Assembly (NCBI GenBank): GCA_027365175.1
Contig: DAHXNY010000001.1
Span: forward strand, 117,483-181,482
DNA: 64,000 nt
Source of the DNA: Candidatus Micrarchaeota archaeon
GTDB taxonomy: Archaea > Micrarchaeota > Micrarchaeia > Micrarchaeales > CABMGC01
Direction: 5' to 3'
Shown: one piece after another, positions 56,136-64,000 of the stretch
Layout of the letters: each line of letters starts with the position of its first letter
How positions within the stretch are numbered: position 1 is the stretch's first letter
Notes under the pieces: model-generated
Told to the model about the DNA's origin: nothing
Databases searched by the model: none
What the model saw: only the letters and a program-made list of their open reading frames with translations
Translations under genes and position numbers: made by a program

Positions 56136-56284
56136 AAAATCACCATTATATAATATTAATTATGCAGAGCAAGCTTTTTATGCATGAGCATATGCCCTGA
56201 TGTCAAAGAAAGTGCACCATGCTGTCCTGCGTTGTATCTCTCTTGCCTTCCATGCCCGCTCCAACCCTTATTTATCACCCATGA

Positions 56285-56719
56285 TCATGTATCAAATATC
56301 CTCTTCAGAGAGTCCTTAGGAAGCATATGCGCAAGGCGCGTTGCCGCTTCTCTCTTAGATACCCATCTGAACTCGCTGTGCTCCGTGCTCAACTCTAATT
56401 TTGAACCATCCAATATGCTGCACCGATAAATAAGAAGCATCAAATTACCTCCACCGTTTGTTTTGAAGTTAGCTACTGCCGCATCCAGCAACTCTCCAAC
56501 CCCGATCTTTCTCACTCCTATCTCTTCATATACCTCGCGTAAGAGCGTATTTTTTATGTTCAGGTTCTGCATCTTGCCTCCTGGAAGATCCCAATAGGGC
56601 TTCCATTTCTGAGAAGCTTTGCGCGGCACCTTTCTCAGTATGAGTATCCTGTCCTTAGAATCAGTTATCAGCGCCTTTCCGCCTAAGTAAAATTGCCTAT
56701 CTCCGCTCATGACAAACAT
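56285..56719 (-). CDS. NUDIX hydrolase
   Basis: Nudix box GGKMQNLNIKNTLLREVYEEIGV (Gx5Ex7REUxEExGU). The start is probably an internal ATG (56719 or 56710), because the long ORF overlaps the divergent peptidase gene. Confidence 0.75.
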   Translation of the reverse strand: MFVMSGDRQFYLGGKALITDSKDRILILRKVPRKASQKWKPYWDLPGGKMQNLNIKNTLLREVYEEIGVRKIGVGELLDAAVANFKTNGGGNLMLLIYRCSILDGSKLELSTEHSEFRWVSKREAATRLAHMLPKDSLKRIFDT

Positions 56720-56770
56720 ACATAACTGCCCTAAAAGGTTAAAGAAAGTTGCTTCGCTACATCTAATACA

Positions 56771-57997
56771 ATGAAGATCCATAAGCGAACTTTAGAAAAT
56801 GGCTTAAGGGTGCTCATAGCACAAAAAGAGAGCCTGGAATCCGTGAGCATAGTAATAGGGGTGAATTTCGGCTCCGTAGACGTTGGCAGAAATCATGAAG
56901 GTCTTGCACATTATCTCGAGCATATGCTCTTCAAAGGCACAAAGAAGAGAAGCTGGTCGCAGATAAACGAGATAACGAGGAAGTACAACATTTTCTACAA
57001 TGCAGAGACGGATTACGAGACCACCATGTACGAAGCGCAGGTGTACAAGCGTTACACAGAGAGTGCCATGGAGCTAATGTCAGATATGGTCAAGCATCCG
57101 AAGTTCTCAAGAAAGGAATTCAAACATGAGCTGGGCCCCATAGTGCACGAGATAGCGATGAGGAAGGAGGATCCGAATTCAATTGTCTATGACAACATGC
57201 CAAGGGCGCTGTTCAAGGAGAGCAAGGAGATAATCCCTGAAAGCATAAGCTCCCTGGAGCACAACATAAGTCTGCAGAATATAATAGACGCTTACGAGAC
57301 CTACTACAATCCGGGCAATTCCGTCCTGGTAATAAGCGGAGGGATAGATGCGGAATCGGGAATCGGGCTTGCCAAGGAGTACATGGGCGGATTCGAAAGG
57401 AAATTCTCCAGCCCAAAGCGCGACAGACTATTTCTGAACAAAAATATAAAGCGGATAAACATGAAGAGGAAGGATACGGAAAGGGGGGAGGTCGCGATAG
57501 GCTTCGGCTGCCACAGGATAAACTCCTCTAAACTCCATGAATATGTATCCATGCGCGCGATAGCGAGCATACTGAACAACAGGCTTTACGATCAGATAAG
57601 GGAGATTCATGGCCTTTCATACGATCCAAGCGTAGAATATAATGCATACAGCACATTCAGCTATATCGCAGCATCTGCAGGAGGCTCCCCGTCAAAGCTC
57701 AACAGGATAAAAAAACTCATGCTTCAGGAATTCCAGAAGCTCAAGAGCGGAAAAATAGAAAGAGAGGAGCTGGAAAACGTCAAGCGCGGACTCGAGATAA
57801 AATATGCCATGGATACCGATGATACATTGGAAACGGCCACCAAAATAGCAGAGATGGAGCTGATGTACGGCGATGGCAGGATGTACGGGAAAATACCCGG
57901 AATTATAAAAGGACTCGGTGCGGCCGGCTTAGAGAGAATGGCAAGCAATTACATATCCCTGAAAAGGTACGGAATGATAACGTTAAGCAGGAAGTAA
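56771..57997 (+). CDS. M16-family (pitrilysin/insulinase-like) zinc peptidase
   Basis: 408 aa. Inverted zinc motif HYLEHMLFKGT (HxxEH) and the downstream E of the M16 signature. Confidence 0.8.
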   Translation: MKIHKRTLENGLRVLIAQKESLESVSIVIGVNFGSVDVGRNHEGLAHYLEHMLFKGTKKRSWSQINEITRKYNIFYNAETDYETTMYEAQVYKRYTESAMELMSDMVKHPKFSRKEFKHELGPIVHEIAMRKEDPNSIVYDNMPRALFKESKEIIPESISSLEHNISLQNIIDAYETYYNPGNSVLVISGGIDAESGIGLAKEYMGGFERKFSSPKRDRLFLNKNIKRINMKRKDTERGEVAIGFGCHRINSSKLHEYVSMRAIASILNNRLYDQIREIHGLSYDPSVEYNAYSTFSYIAASAGGSPSKLNRIKKLMLQEFQKLKSGKIEREELENVKRGLEIKYAMDTDDTLETATKIAEMELMYGDGRMYGKIPGIIKGLGAAGLERMASNYISLKRYGMITLSRK

Positions 57998-58273
57998 ATT
58001 CAAAGAATGTCATCTGTCCAATCTTGCTATTATATAGACGAACAACGCCCCTGCGGGGATGAAGGGCCATCCTCCAAGCCAGAAGCTGAGGATAAGTGTG
58101 GCACAGAATATCGCAAGGAAAGCGATAAAGAATTCATGCATGCTTACATTCATCCAAACCAACCACATGTCCAATTCATTTCAGTCTCAATGCAGAAGAG
58201 CATCTGCATGAATACATAACTGCACTAATTTATAAATAATCCATGTTCTACGCCGCTATTAAGGGATAGGGCT

Positions 58274-58413
58274 TGGGGTTGCGGGGATTTGAACCCCGAC
58301 TTGCTGGTTACTTCATATTTATTCGGTACTTCCAGATCCTCATCATTGCCGAAAGGCTCATTGGATTATAAACATCTGGAGCCAGCCGCGCTGCCAGGTT
58401 ACGCAACAACCCC
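58274..58413 (-). tRNA. tRNA-Trp (anticodon CCA) with a 67-nt intron at 37/38
   Basis: Minus strand: GGGGTTG TT GCGT AACCTGGCA GCGC G GCTGG CTCCAG[intron 58375..58309]A CCAGC AAGT CGGGG TTCAAAT CCCCG CAACCCC A. The intron segment ATCTGGA can pair with the TCCAGAT spanning the anticodon loop and 5-prime splice site. Confidence 0.85.
58340..58362 (-). repeat. kink-turn-like hairpin module inside the tRNA-Trp intron: AATGAGCCTTTCGGCAATGATGA
   Basis: Shares AATGAGCCTTTCGGC[A/T]ATGAT with the tRNA(CAT) intron (51143..51164). The 3-prime flank forms a C-box-like AATGATGA. Confidence 0.6.
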
Positions 58414-58479
58414 TGAACAATCACATATTATTTACAATGAGTATTATATAAATTTGTTGCAAGAAATACTAATGTTTAA

Positions 58480-59325
58480 ATGTCAGTCATAGACTCGCTA
58501 GGAATGCTTATCGCAAGGAAGTGGATTGCAGGAGAGGATCTGCAACATGCCATCCAAGAAGCAAAACGGCTGAATTCCAAAAAGGAAAATGTCATAATGA
58601 ATTATCTGGGAGAGGACCTCAAGAGCAAAAGGCTTGTGGAGCAGAACATGGCACAAATCATGCGTCTGTTGGATGAGATGCACTCCAAGAAGATAAGGGG
58701 CAGCATAGCCGTAAAGCCGACCCAGACGGGTCTGGTAATAAGCAGGAGCTATTTTGAAAAGAATTATTCGGAGATACTTGCAAAGGCATCTAGATGCGGG
58801 ATTACAGTATGGCTTGACATGGAGCAGTACCTGTTCGTTTCAAGCACCATAAGCACCTACCTGAAATTCCATGGCAGGTACAAGAACACCGGAATATGCA
58901 TCCAGGCAAAACTCAAGAGAAGCTTAAAGGACATAGAGAGGATAGCAAGGCAGAAAGGCATGGTCAGGCTTGTAAAAGGAGCATACAAATATCCGTCAAC
59001 AATATCCTTCCAGGACAAGCGCAGCGTATACAACAACTATCTAAGGTGCATGGATTATCTCTTCTCGCATATGGAGAGGTTCATGATAGCAACGCATGAC
59101 GATAGCATAATAAGGATTGCGACAGACAACGAGAAAAAGTACCGTAAAAAGATCTCATTCGGAATGCTCAAAGGCGTAAGGTCATCGCTTGCAGCAAAGA
59201 CCGCAGAATCAGAGGACATGAATGTCTATCTTCCATACGGGGAAGAGTGGATGAAATACTCTATACGCAGGCTGTCCGAATGGGAGCATACAAAGATAAT
59301 AATACGGTCCATAATACAAGGCTGA
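58480..59325 (+). CDS. proline dehydrogenase family protein
   Basis: 281 aa. Blocks VKPTQ.GL, ICIQAKLKRS and VRLVKGAY resemble the PRODH (beta/alpha)8 barrel signature. Confidence 0.65.
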   Translation: MSVIDSLGMLIARKWIAGEDLQHAIQEAKRLNSKKENVIMNYLGEDLKSKRLVEQNMAQIMRLLDEMHSKKIRGSIAVKPTQTGLVISRSYFEKNYSEILAKASRCGITVWLDMEQYLFVSSTISTYLKFHGRYKNTGICIQAKLKRSLKDIERIARQKGMVRLVKGAYKYPSTISFQDKRSVYNNYLRCMDYLFSHMERFMIATHDDSIIRIATDNEKKYRKKISFGMLKGVRSSLAAKTAESEDMNVYLPYGEEWMKYSIRRLSEWEHTKIIIRSIIQG

Positions 59326-59329
59326 CGAA

Positions 59330-59926
59330 ATGGCGATAAAAGCTGTAATATTCGATATGGGAGGAGTGCTTCTCGACGCGGTGAATTACAAGTACTTCAG
59401 GAAGATGGAAGGACTTACAAATACCAATGAAAAGACAATACGCAATTTCATAGTGTCACTGCTTGTGCATTACGAATCAGGAAATATGACAAAGCACGAG
59501 TTCGAGAGCAGAATAGCAGATAGGTTCGGAATAAAAGAGTCAGAGGTAATGTGGCCTATCTTCCTTTATGATAACGGGAAGGTCAAGAAGGGCATGGTCT
59601 CCATTGCCAGGAAACTGGGCAAGAAATACAAAGTGGCATGCATAACAAACGTTGACAAGTCAAGATACTACTATGCAAAATCCCTTATTGACTTCAGCAT
59701 TTTCAGGTTTGTACTTGCCTCATGCTACTTTGGAACATCAAAGCCTGACAGGCGCATATATCTCGAAGCGCTAAAAAGGCTGAAGATCAGGCCAAACGAA
59801 GCCATATTCATAGATGACATGGAAGAAAATGTAAAAGGGGCAAGAAAGGCAGGGATGAATGCCATACACTTCAAGGGCATTAAGGGATTTGTGAGAGATC
59901 TCAAAAGATACGGCATAGAAGTATGA
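59330..59926 (+). CDS. HAD-superfamily hydrolase (subfamily IA)
   Basis: 198 aa. Motif I VIFDMGGVL, motif II ITN, motif III/IV K...FIDDMEENV. Confidence 0.8.
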   Translation: MAIKAVIFDMGGVLLDAVNYKYFRKMEGLTNTNEKTIRNFIVSLLVHYESGNMTKHEFESRIADRFGIKESEVMWPIFLYDNGKVKKGMVSIARKLGKKYKVACITNVDKSRYYYAKSLIDFSIFRFVLASCYFGTSKPDRRIYLEALKRLKIRPNEAIFIDDMEENVKGARKAGMNAIHFKGIKGFVRDLKRYGIEV

Positions 59927-61378
59927 TTAGTAAGAGAGTGCAAAGTAAGCGTAGCTCTTCGCCTTTTCTCCGCAGTAAACGCAGCCCTTTGCATCCTCAT
60001 GCTCAAAAGGTATCAATCTGCTTGTAGCTCCTGTTTCCTCCTTGATCTTATCCTCACACGAGTCCTTGCCGCACCATCCTGCTTTTATGAAGCCTTTCTT
60101 TGAATCAAGGATGTCCTTGAATTCATCATAGCTTTCTGCAACTCTTATATTATCATCCAGGAACTTCTTCGCCTTATCAAACATGCTCTTCTGCATGCTG
60201 GCCATCTCCTCCTTTACTGCCTTTTCCAATTCCGGCAGTTTCACCTGCCTCTTTTCAGAGGTATCTCTCCTGGCGAGCACCACGGAATCAGCAGCAATGT
60301 CCTTAGGGCCAATTTCGATCCTAAGTGGAACTCCCTTGGTTTCATGCTCGTTAAATTTCCATCCCGGAGTTCTGTTCTCACGCACGTCAATATCTGCCCT
60401 GAAGCCCGACGCTATCAGCCCTGCAGTGATCTTCTGTGCCACTTCTAGCACCTTCTCACGTTCCTGATCCTTATATATCGGTATTACTATCAGTTGTAAA
60501 GGAGCCACCTTTGGAGGCAGGACGAGTCCCTTATCATCTCCATGTACCATTATCAATGCACCAAGGAGTCTAGTCGATATGCCCCATGAGGTCTGCCATA
60601 CAAACTGTTTCTGGCCTTGCTCATCAAGAAACTCTATTCCAAAAGCCTTTGCAAAGTGCTGTCCCAGGTTATGCGAGGTTCCAGACTGCACGGCTTTGCC
60701 ATCAGGCATAAGCGCCTCTATGGTTGTAGTGTAAAGCGCCCCTGCGAACTTCTCCCTTTCCGATTTCATTCCCTGAAGGACAGGTATCGCAAGGTACTGC
60801 TCTGCAATCTCCTTATAGAAGTCAAGTATCATCATCACTTCCTTATCTGCCTCATCCTTGCTAGCATGCGCAGTATGTCCCTCCTGCCATAGGAATTCGC
60901 TAGTTCTCAGGAAAGGTTTCGTTGCCTTTATTTCTGCCCTAAGGATATTGCACCACTGGTTCAGCATCAGAGGAAGATCTCTCCAACTCCTTATCCACTT
61001 TGAATAAAATGAGTATATTATCGTCTCTGAAGTAGGTCTTACTGCTAGCTGTTCTCCAAGCTTATTGTTGCCGCTATGAGTCACCCAGAATACCTCTGGA
61101 GTGAAGCCTTCAAAGTGCTCTGCCTCTTTCGTAAGGAAGGATTCCGGTATGAGCAATGGGAAATAGGCATTCTTATGGCCTGTACTCTTTATCATCCTGT
61201 TAAACGCTTCCTGGACCATCTCCCATATCTCATAAGCCGTAGGCCGTATAGCCATCGTACCCTGCACAGGCCCGTAATCAGCCAACCCTGCCTTTAGCAC
61301 TACCTGAGTGTACCACTCAGAGAAATTCTCGTCCTTGCGAACGCTTATGCCTTCAAGGCTCTTCGGCTTTTCAACCAT
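59927..61378 (-). CDS. proS: proline--tRNA ligase (archaeal/eukaryotic type)
   Basis: Class II motifs (FRAE-like LRAEIK..., GTSHNLGQ). C-terminal zinc-binding domain ending ...YFALSY. ATG 61378 (MVEKPKSLEG) is the likely start within ORF 59927..61444. Confidence 0.9.
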   Translation of the reverse strand: MVEKPKSLEGISVRKDENFSEWYTQVVLKAGLADYGPVQGTMAIRPTAYEIWEMVQEAFNRMIKSTGHKNAYFPLLIPESFLTKEAEHFEGFTPEVFWVTHSGNNKLGEQLAVRPTSETIIYSFYSKWIRSWRDLPLMLNQWCNILRAEIKATKPFLRTSEFLWQEGHTAHASKDEADKEVMMILDFYKEIAEQYLAIPVLQGMKSEREKFAGALYTTTIEALMPDGKAVQSGTSHNLGQHFAKAFGIEFLDEQGQKQFVWQTSWGISTRLLGALIMVHGDDKGLVLPPKVAPLQLIVIPIYKDQEREKVLEVAQKITAGLIASGFRADIDVRENRTPGWKFNEHETKGVPLRIEIGPKDIAADSVVLARRDTSEKRQVKLPELEKAVKEEMASMQKSMFDKAKKFLDDNIRVAESYDEFKDILDSKKGFIKAGWCGKDSCEDKIKEETGATSRLIPFEHEDAKGCVYCGEKAKSYAYFALSY

Positions 61379-61511
61379 GAATTCACTATAAACAATACTC
61401 AGTATTGATGCAAAATACCTTAAATCCTCTCTCCATGAAAACAATGCAAAATCGTACTGGTCAGAGACTCTCTTTCATCACCAATCAGAAATACCTCGTC
61501 TCATCACTTGA

Positions 61512-61584
61512 TAGTCCCGGCCAGATTCGAACTGGCGTAAGCGGGTCCAAAGCCCGCTATCCTTGGCCACTAGATGACGGGACT
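61512..61584 (-). tRNA. tRNA-Gln (anticodon TTG)
   Basis: Minus strand: AGTCCCG TC ATCT AGTGGCCAA GGAT A GCGGG CTTTGGA CCCGC TTAC GCCAG TTCGAAT CTGGC CGGGACT A. A1-U72 and the AGUCCCG start are typical of archaeal tRNA-Gln. Confidence 0.85.
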
Positions 61585-61607
61585 GCGTAACAATATCCCT
61601 GTTTAAA

Positions 61608-62351
61608 TTATAAAATATCTGCAAGCTCCCTTACACTGCCGAATTTAACGGCTTCCGTATAGTCTATGCCAACAACATTCATGTCCATGAGTTTCAGCAT
61701 GCGCCTGAATACCGGAGTATCATCAATATTGCTTATGTTGACCTCTATGCCTTCTGAGAAGTAATTCATGGCAGGCAGTATGATTATATCCCTCTTGTCT
61801 GCCATTTTGCCGTAAAGGAAACACCTCACCTTCTCCTTTACTCCTAATTTGTTGAATATGCCTACTGCCGGATGCAGATGGCCCATAACGAGCAGCCTTC
61901 CTTCATCTGAGGCTGGAAGCTCCTCACCATGGAAGAACAGGACATCTTCAAGAAGGAATTCCTGCCTGTATATCTTTATCCCAAAAGGTCTCTCAAATCT
62001 GTCTATGAAGTTGTCATGGTTGCCTTTTACAAGATGCAATTCCTCAATATCAAGTCCTTTAAGGAACGAGACAAGCTCTCGGAATTCATTGAATTCCTCC
62101 ATATGCACCTTTGAAAATTCATTCTTGATATCCCCATCTATTATCAGCTTCCTGGCCCCTGTCATTTCTATGCTCTTCTTCAGCATCTCCTTTATCTTGG
62201 CGAGATTTGTCTTGGGAAGGAATATTCCGCGGTCTGCCATCACTCCCTCATATCCGAGGTGAAGGTCTGAACATGCCAGGGCGTTTAACCTCTTTATGAA
62301 TAGTATTGGCATGCCCTCTACCACATACGCCCCTTTGTATAGCTCCATCAC
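61608..62351 (-). CDS. metallophosphoesterase (MPE; SbcD/Mre11-related, Lhr-associated type)
   Basis: 247 aa. CSDLHLGYE, DGDIKN, KGNHDN and MGHLHP motifs. 4-nt overlap with the upstream helicase gene. Confidence 0.7.
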   Translation of the reverse strand: MMELYKGAYVVEGMPILFIKRLNALACSDLHLGYEGVMADRGIFLPKTNLAKIKEMLKKSIEMTGARKLIIDGDIKNEFSKVHMEEFNEFRELVSFLKGLDIEELHLVKGNHDNFIDRFERPFGIKIYRQEFLLEDVLFFHGEELPASDEGRLLVMGHLHPAVGIFNKLGVKEKVRCFLYGKMADKRDIIILPAMNYFSEGIEVNISNIDDTPVFRRMLKLMDMNVVGIDYTEAVKFGSVRELADIL

Positions 62352-64000
62352 TTCGACATCTCTTTCAGTTTCGCAAGAACCTGCTTCCTAAGCTCCTTAA
62401 GGTGCTTCCTCCTGTCGCTCATCATTATAACATCGGCCTCTCCGAAAGTGAGCATCATGTGTGAAAATGGCGAAGGTATCCCGCTCGTGATGACCTTGTA
62501 GTCTATGCTCCCTTCCACAAGCTCCTTTATTATCTTTGTAGTCCTAGGAAGGTCCATAAGGTCGTCGAATATCTCCCTGTACGTCTCCTTCAATATTGGG
62601 AAATTAGGATCCATCTCCTCGACAGCTTTGAGTATGGCCTGTGAATTAACATGCTGCCTCCTCACTCCTATCTTTATGCCGCGGTAATTCCTCAGGATCA
62701 TGAAGCTCCTCGCTGCACAGTGCCTGAACCTTCTCTTCATCATCTCCGTCCTTCTTATATTCTCACGGAGTATCTTGTACAGGTCCGCTTTGCCAAGCTC
62801 CTGTATTATCGAATGTATCTCCTTGCCTGTAATCCTTACGTCTTCCGGCGTCATTATGACAAAGCCATTATCTGTTATATTGACTCCGACTTCGGTATCG
62901 TGCATGTCCGCTATCTTTATGCCGAAGAGCCTTGACATCGCATCGTTTATTCTTCTTCCGTATAAAGAGTGGAATATTATCAGGTTCCTCTCACTCTCTT
63001 CATCAACGCTCTGCTCTATCAGCATAAACCTGTCATTAGGTACGTATCCTGCAAACAGCAGCTGCTCCATGAAGTAGTTGAACAGAGAGTTCTTCGCATT
63101 GTCGTCAATAGGCATGCTGTCAAGTATCTTCTTAGCATCCTTGTTAACTTCCAGGGTGTTTCTGGAGAGCTTGCTTACGAGCTTCTTCTCCTTCTTTGCC
63201 GATTTTGATACCGCTTCTGTGAACTCGGCCCTGAACCTGCCTATGTTGATCGCAAGCTCGTACGTAAGAGGCAGCTGCTCAGAATACCATGGGGGTATCG
63301 TAGGAGCAAGTCCCGATGCGTCGCTCACATAAGCCTTCATCACTCTTGAATATTCGAACCTGTATACTCTTCCGCCAAGTACAAATGTGTCTCCAGGCTT
63401 CAGCCTTGCAAGAAACTCCTCCTCTATATTTCCAATATGCTTGTTCTCCTTTGTCACTACATCTACCGATACCTCATCAGGTATCGTGCCCAGGTTGAGG
63501 TAGTATATCAGTTTGGTAAGCTTCCCTCTCCTTCCGAAAGCCTTCTCCTTCTCATCATACCATATCTTCGCATAGACGCGCCTGCTCTCAAGGCCAACGT
63601 ACATTCCTGATAGGTACCTCAGCACTGCAAAGTAATCCTGCTTATCAAGGGTGTGGTACGGGTACGAGCACCTTATAGTGTCATAAGCATCATCCACGTC
63701 CCATTTCCTGTTAAGGGCCATGCCGACTATGTGCTGGCAGAGCACGTCAAGGGCATTCTTCGGAGTATTGAATGAGTCAAGGTGCCTCTTTACCGCTGAA
63801 TCTAGCATTACCGTGCACTCAACAAGATCGTCCCTGTTTGTGACTATGACCTCTCCTATGGCCGGATTCCCAAATCCGTGTCCGCTCCTTCCTATCCTCT
63901 GCACTACCCGTGCAACGCTCTTTGGCGACCCGAGCTGTATTACATTGTCTATGGAGCCTATGTCTATGCCAAGCTCAAGGCTTGTAGAGGAGACTACGCA
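62348..64000 (-). CDS. lhr: Lhr-like large SF2 helicase, C-terminal portion (helicase motifs V-VI plus DEAD/H-associated domain); the 5-prime end lies beyond the window
   Basis: The frame stays open to nt 64000. My translation of 63905-64000 gives CVVSSTSLELGIDIGSIDNVIQLGSPKSVARV, followed by VQRIGRSGH (motif VI). About 500 aa of Lhr-type C-terminal domains follow. Confidence 0.8.
   Translation of the reverse strand, partial: CVVSSTSLELGIDIGSIDNVIQLGSPKSVARVVQRIGRSGHGFGNPAIGEVIVTNRDDLVECTVMLDSAVKRHLDSFNTPKNALDVLCQHIVGMALNRKWDVDDAYDTIRCSYPYHTLDKQDYFAVLRYLSGMYVGLESRRVYAKIWYDEKEKAFGRRGKLTKLIYYLNLGTIPDEVSVDVVTKENKHIGNIEEEFLARLKPGDTFVLGGRVYRFEYSRVMKAYVSDASGLAPTIPPWYSEQLPLTYELAINIGRFRAEFTEAVSKSAKKEKKLVSKLSRNTLEVNKDAKKILDSMPIDDNAKNSLFNYFMEQLLFAGYVPNDRFMLIEQSVDEESERNLIIFHSLYGRRINDAMSRLFGIKIADMHDTEVGVNITDNGFVIMTPEDVRITGKEIHSIIQELGKADLYKILRENIRRTEMMKRRFRHCAARSFMILRNYRGIKIGVRRQHVNSQAILKAVEEMDPNFPILKETYREIFDDLMDLPRTTKIIKELVEGSIDYKVITSGIPSPFSHMMLTFGEADVIMMSDRRKHLKELRKQVLAKLKEMSK

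Noticed and set aside
58309-58375. tRNA-Trp intron (and tRNA-CAT intron) as a functional box C/D methylation guide
   Set aside because: C-box-like AUGAUGA motifs are present, but there is no canonical CUGA D or D-prime box at the correct spacing. The only exon complementarity (ATCTGGA with TCCAGAT) is what the splicing helix requires, and it does not place a target 5 nt from a D box. I therefore report only the shared K-turn-like hairpin.
58289-58492. 67-aa plus-strand ORF
   Set aside because: It lies antisense across the tRNA-Trp gene and its intron, so it is an artefact of the open frame.
1-64000. CRISPR arrays, transposases/IS elements, integrases, rRNA genes, inteins, known defence systems
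   Set aside because: I looked for them and found none. There are no regularly spaced direct repeats, no DDE or tyrosine-recombinase-like ORFs, and no intein-sized insertions in PolB, DP2, RNR or the helicase. Every long ORF is accounted for by housekeeping or membrane functions.

Overview
The window is a gene-dense, mostly housekeeping stretch of an archaeal chromosome. By eye GC is in the mid-40s percent, genes are tightly packed, and many stop/start codons overlap. The ORF track appears to translate GTG/TTG starts as M.

Conserved archaeal blocks:
- Proteasome-exosome superoperon: psmA, SBDS, rrp4, rrp41, rrp42, L37Ae, rpoP.
- adk, DUF106/EMC3, L34e, cmk, L14e, followed by both PolD subunits.
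- Also a family B DNA polymerase, Orc1/Cdc6, a thermosome, AglB plus a GT4 glycosyltransferase, SecY, HisRS, ProRS, an archaeal histone, ADP-forming acetyl-CoA synthetase, and a class II RNR with NrdR.

Six tRNA genes were found by hand. Three carry introns, one of them at a non-canonical T-loop position. This and the compact layout suggest a small-genome archaeon (DPANN/Micrarchaeota-like or Thermoplasmata-like), but lineage cannot be settled without a database search.

I saw no CRISPR array, transposase, integrase, rRNA or obvious defence island.

Most interesting observations:
1. Tandem NrdR-box-like palindromes 31 bp apart in front of nrdJ.
2. A near-identical kink-turn-like hairpin shared by the introns of tRNA-Met(CAU) and tRNA-Trp.
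3. A DUF929 thioredoxin-fold ectoprotein paired with a 4-TM CxC membrane protein.
4. Unusual operons: Mrp-like/Cdc6/Mre11-like, histone/Zn-ribbon/PRC-barrel, and V4R/SecY/MGMT.
5. An AglB with an N-terminal extension of about 210 aa.

No single clearly novel multi-gene system is demonstrable from sequence alone.
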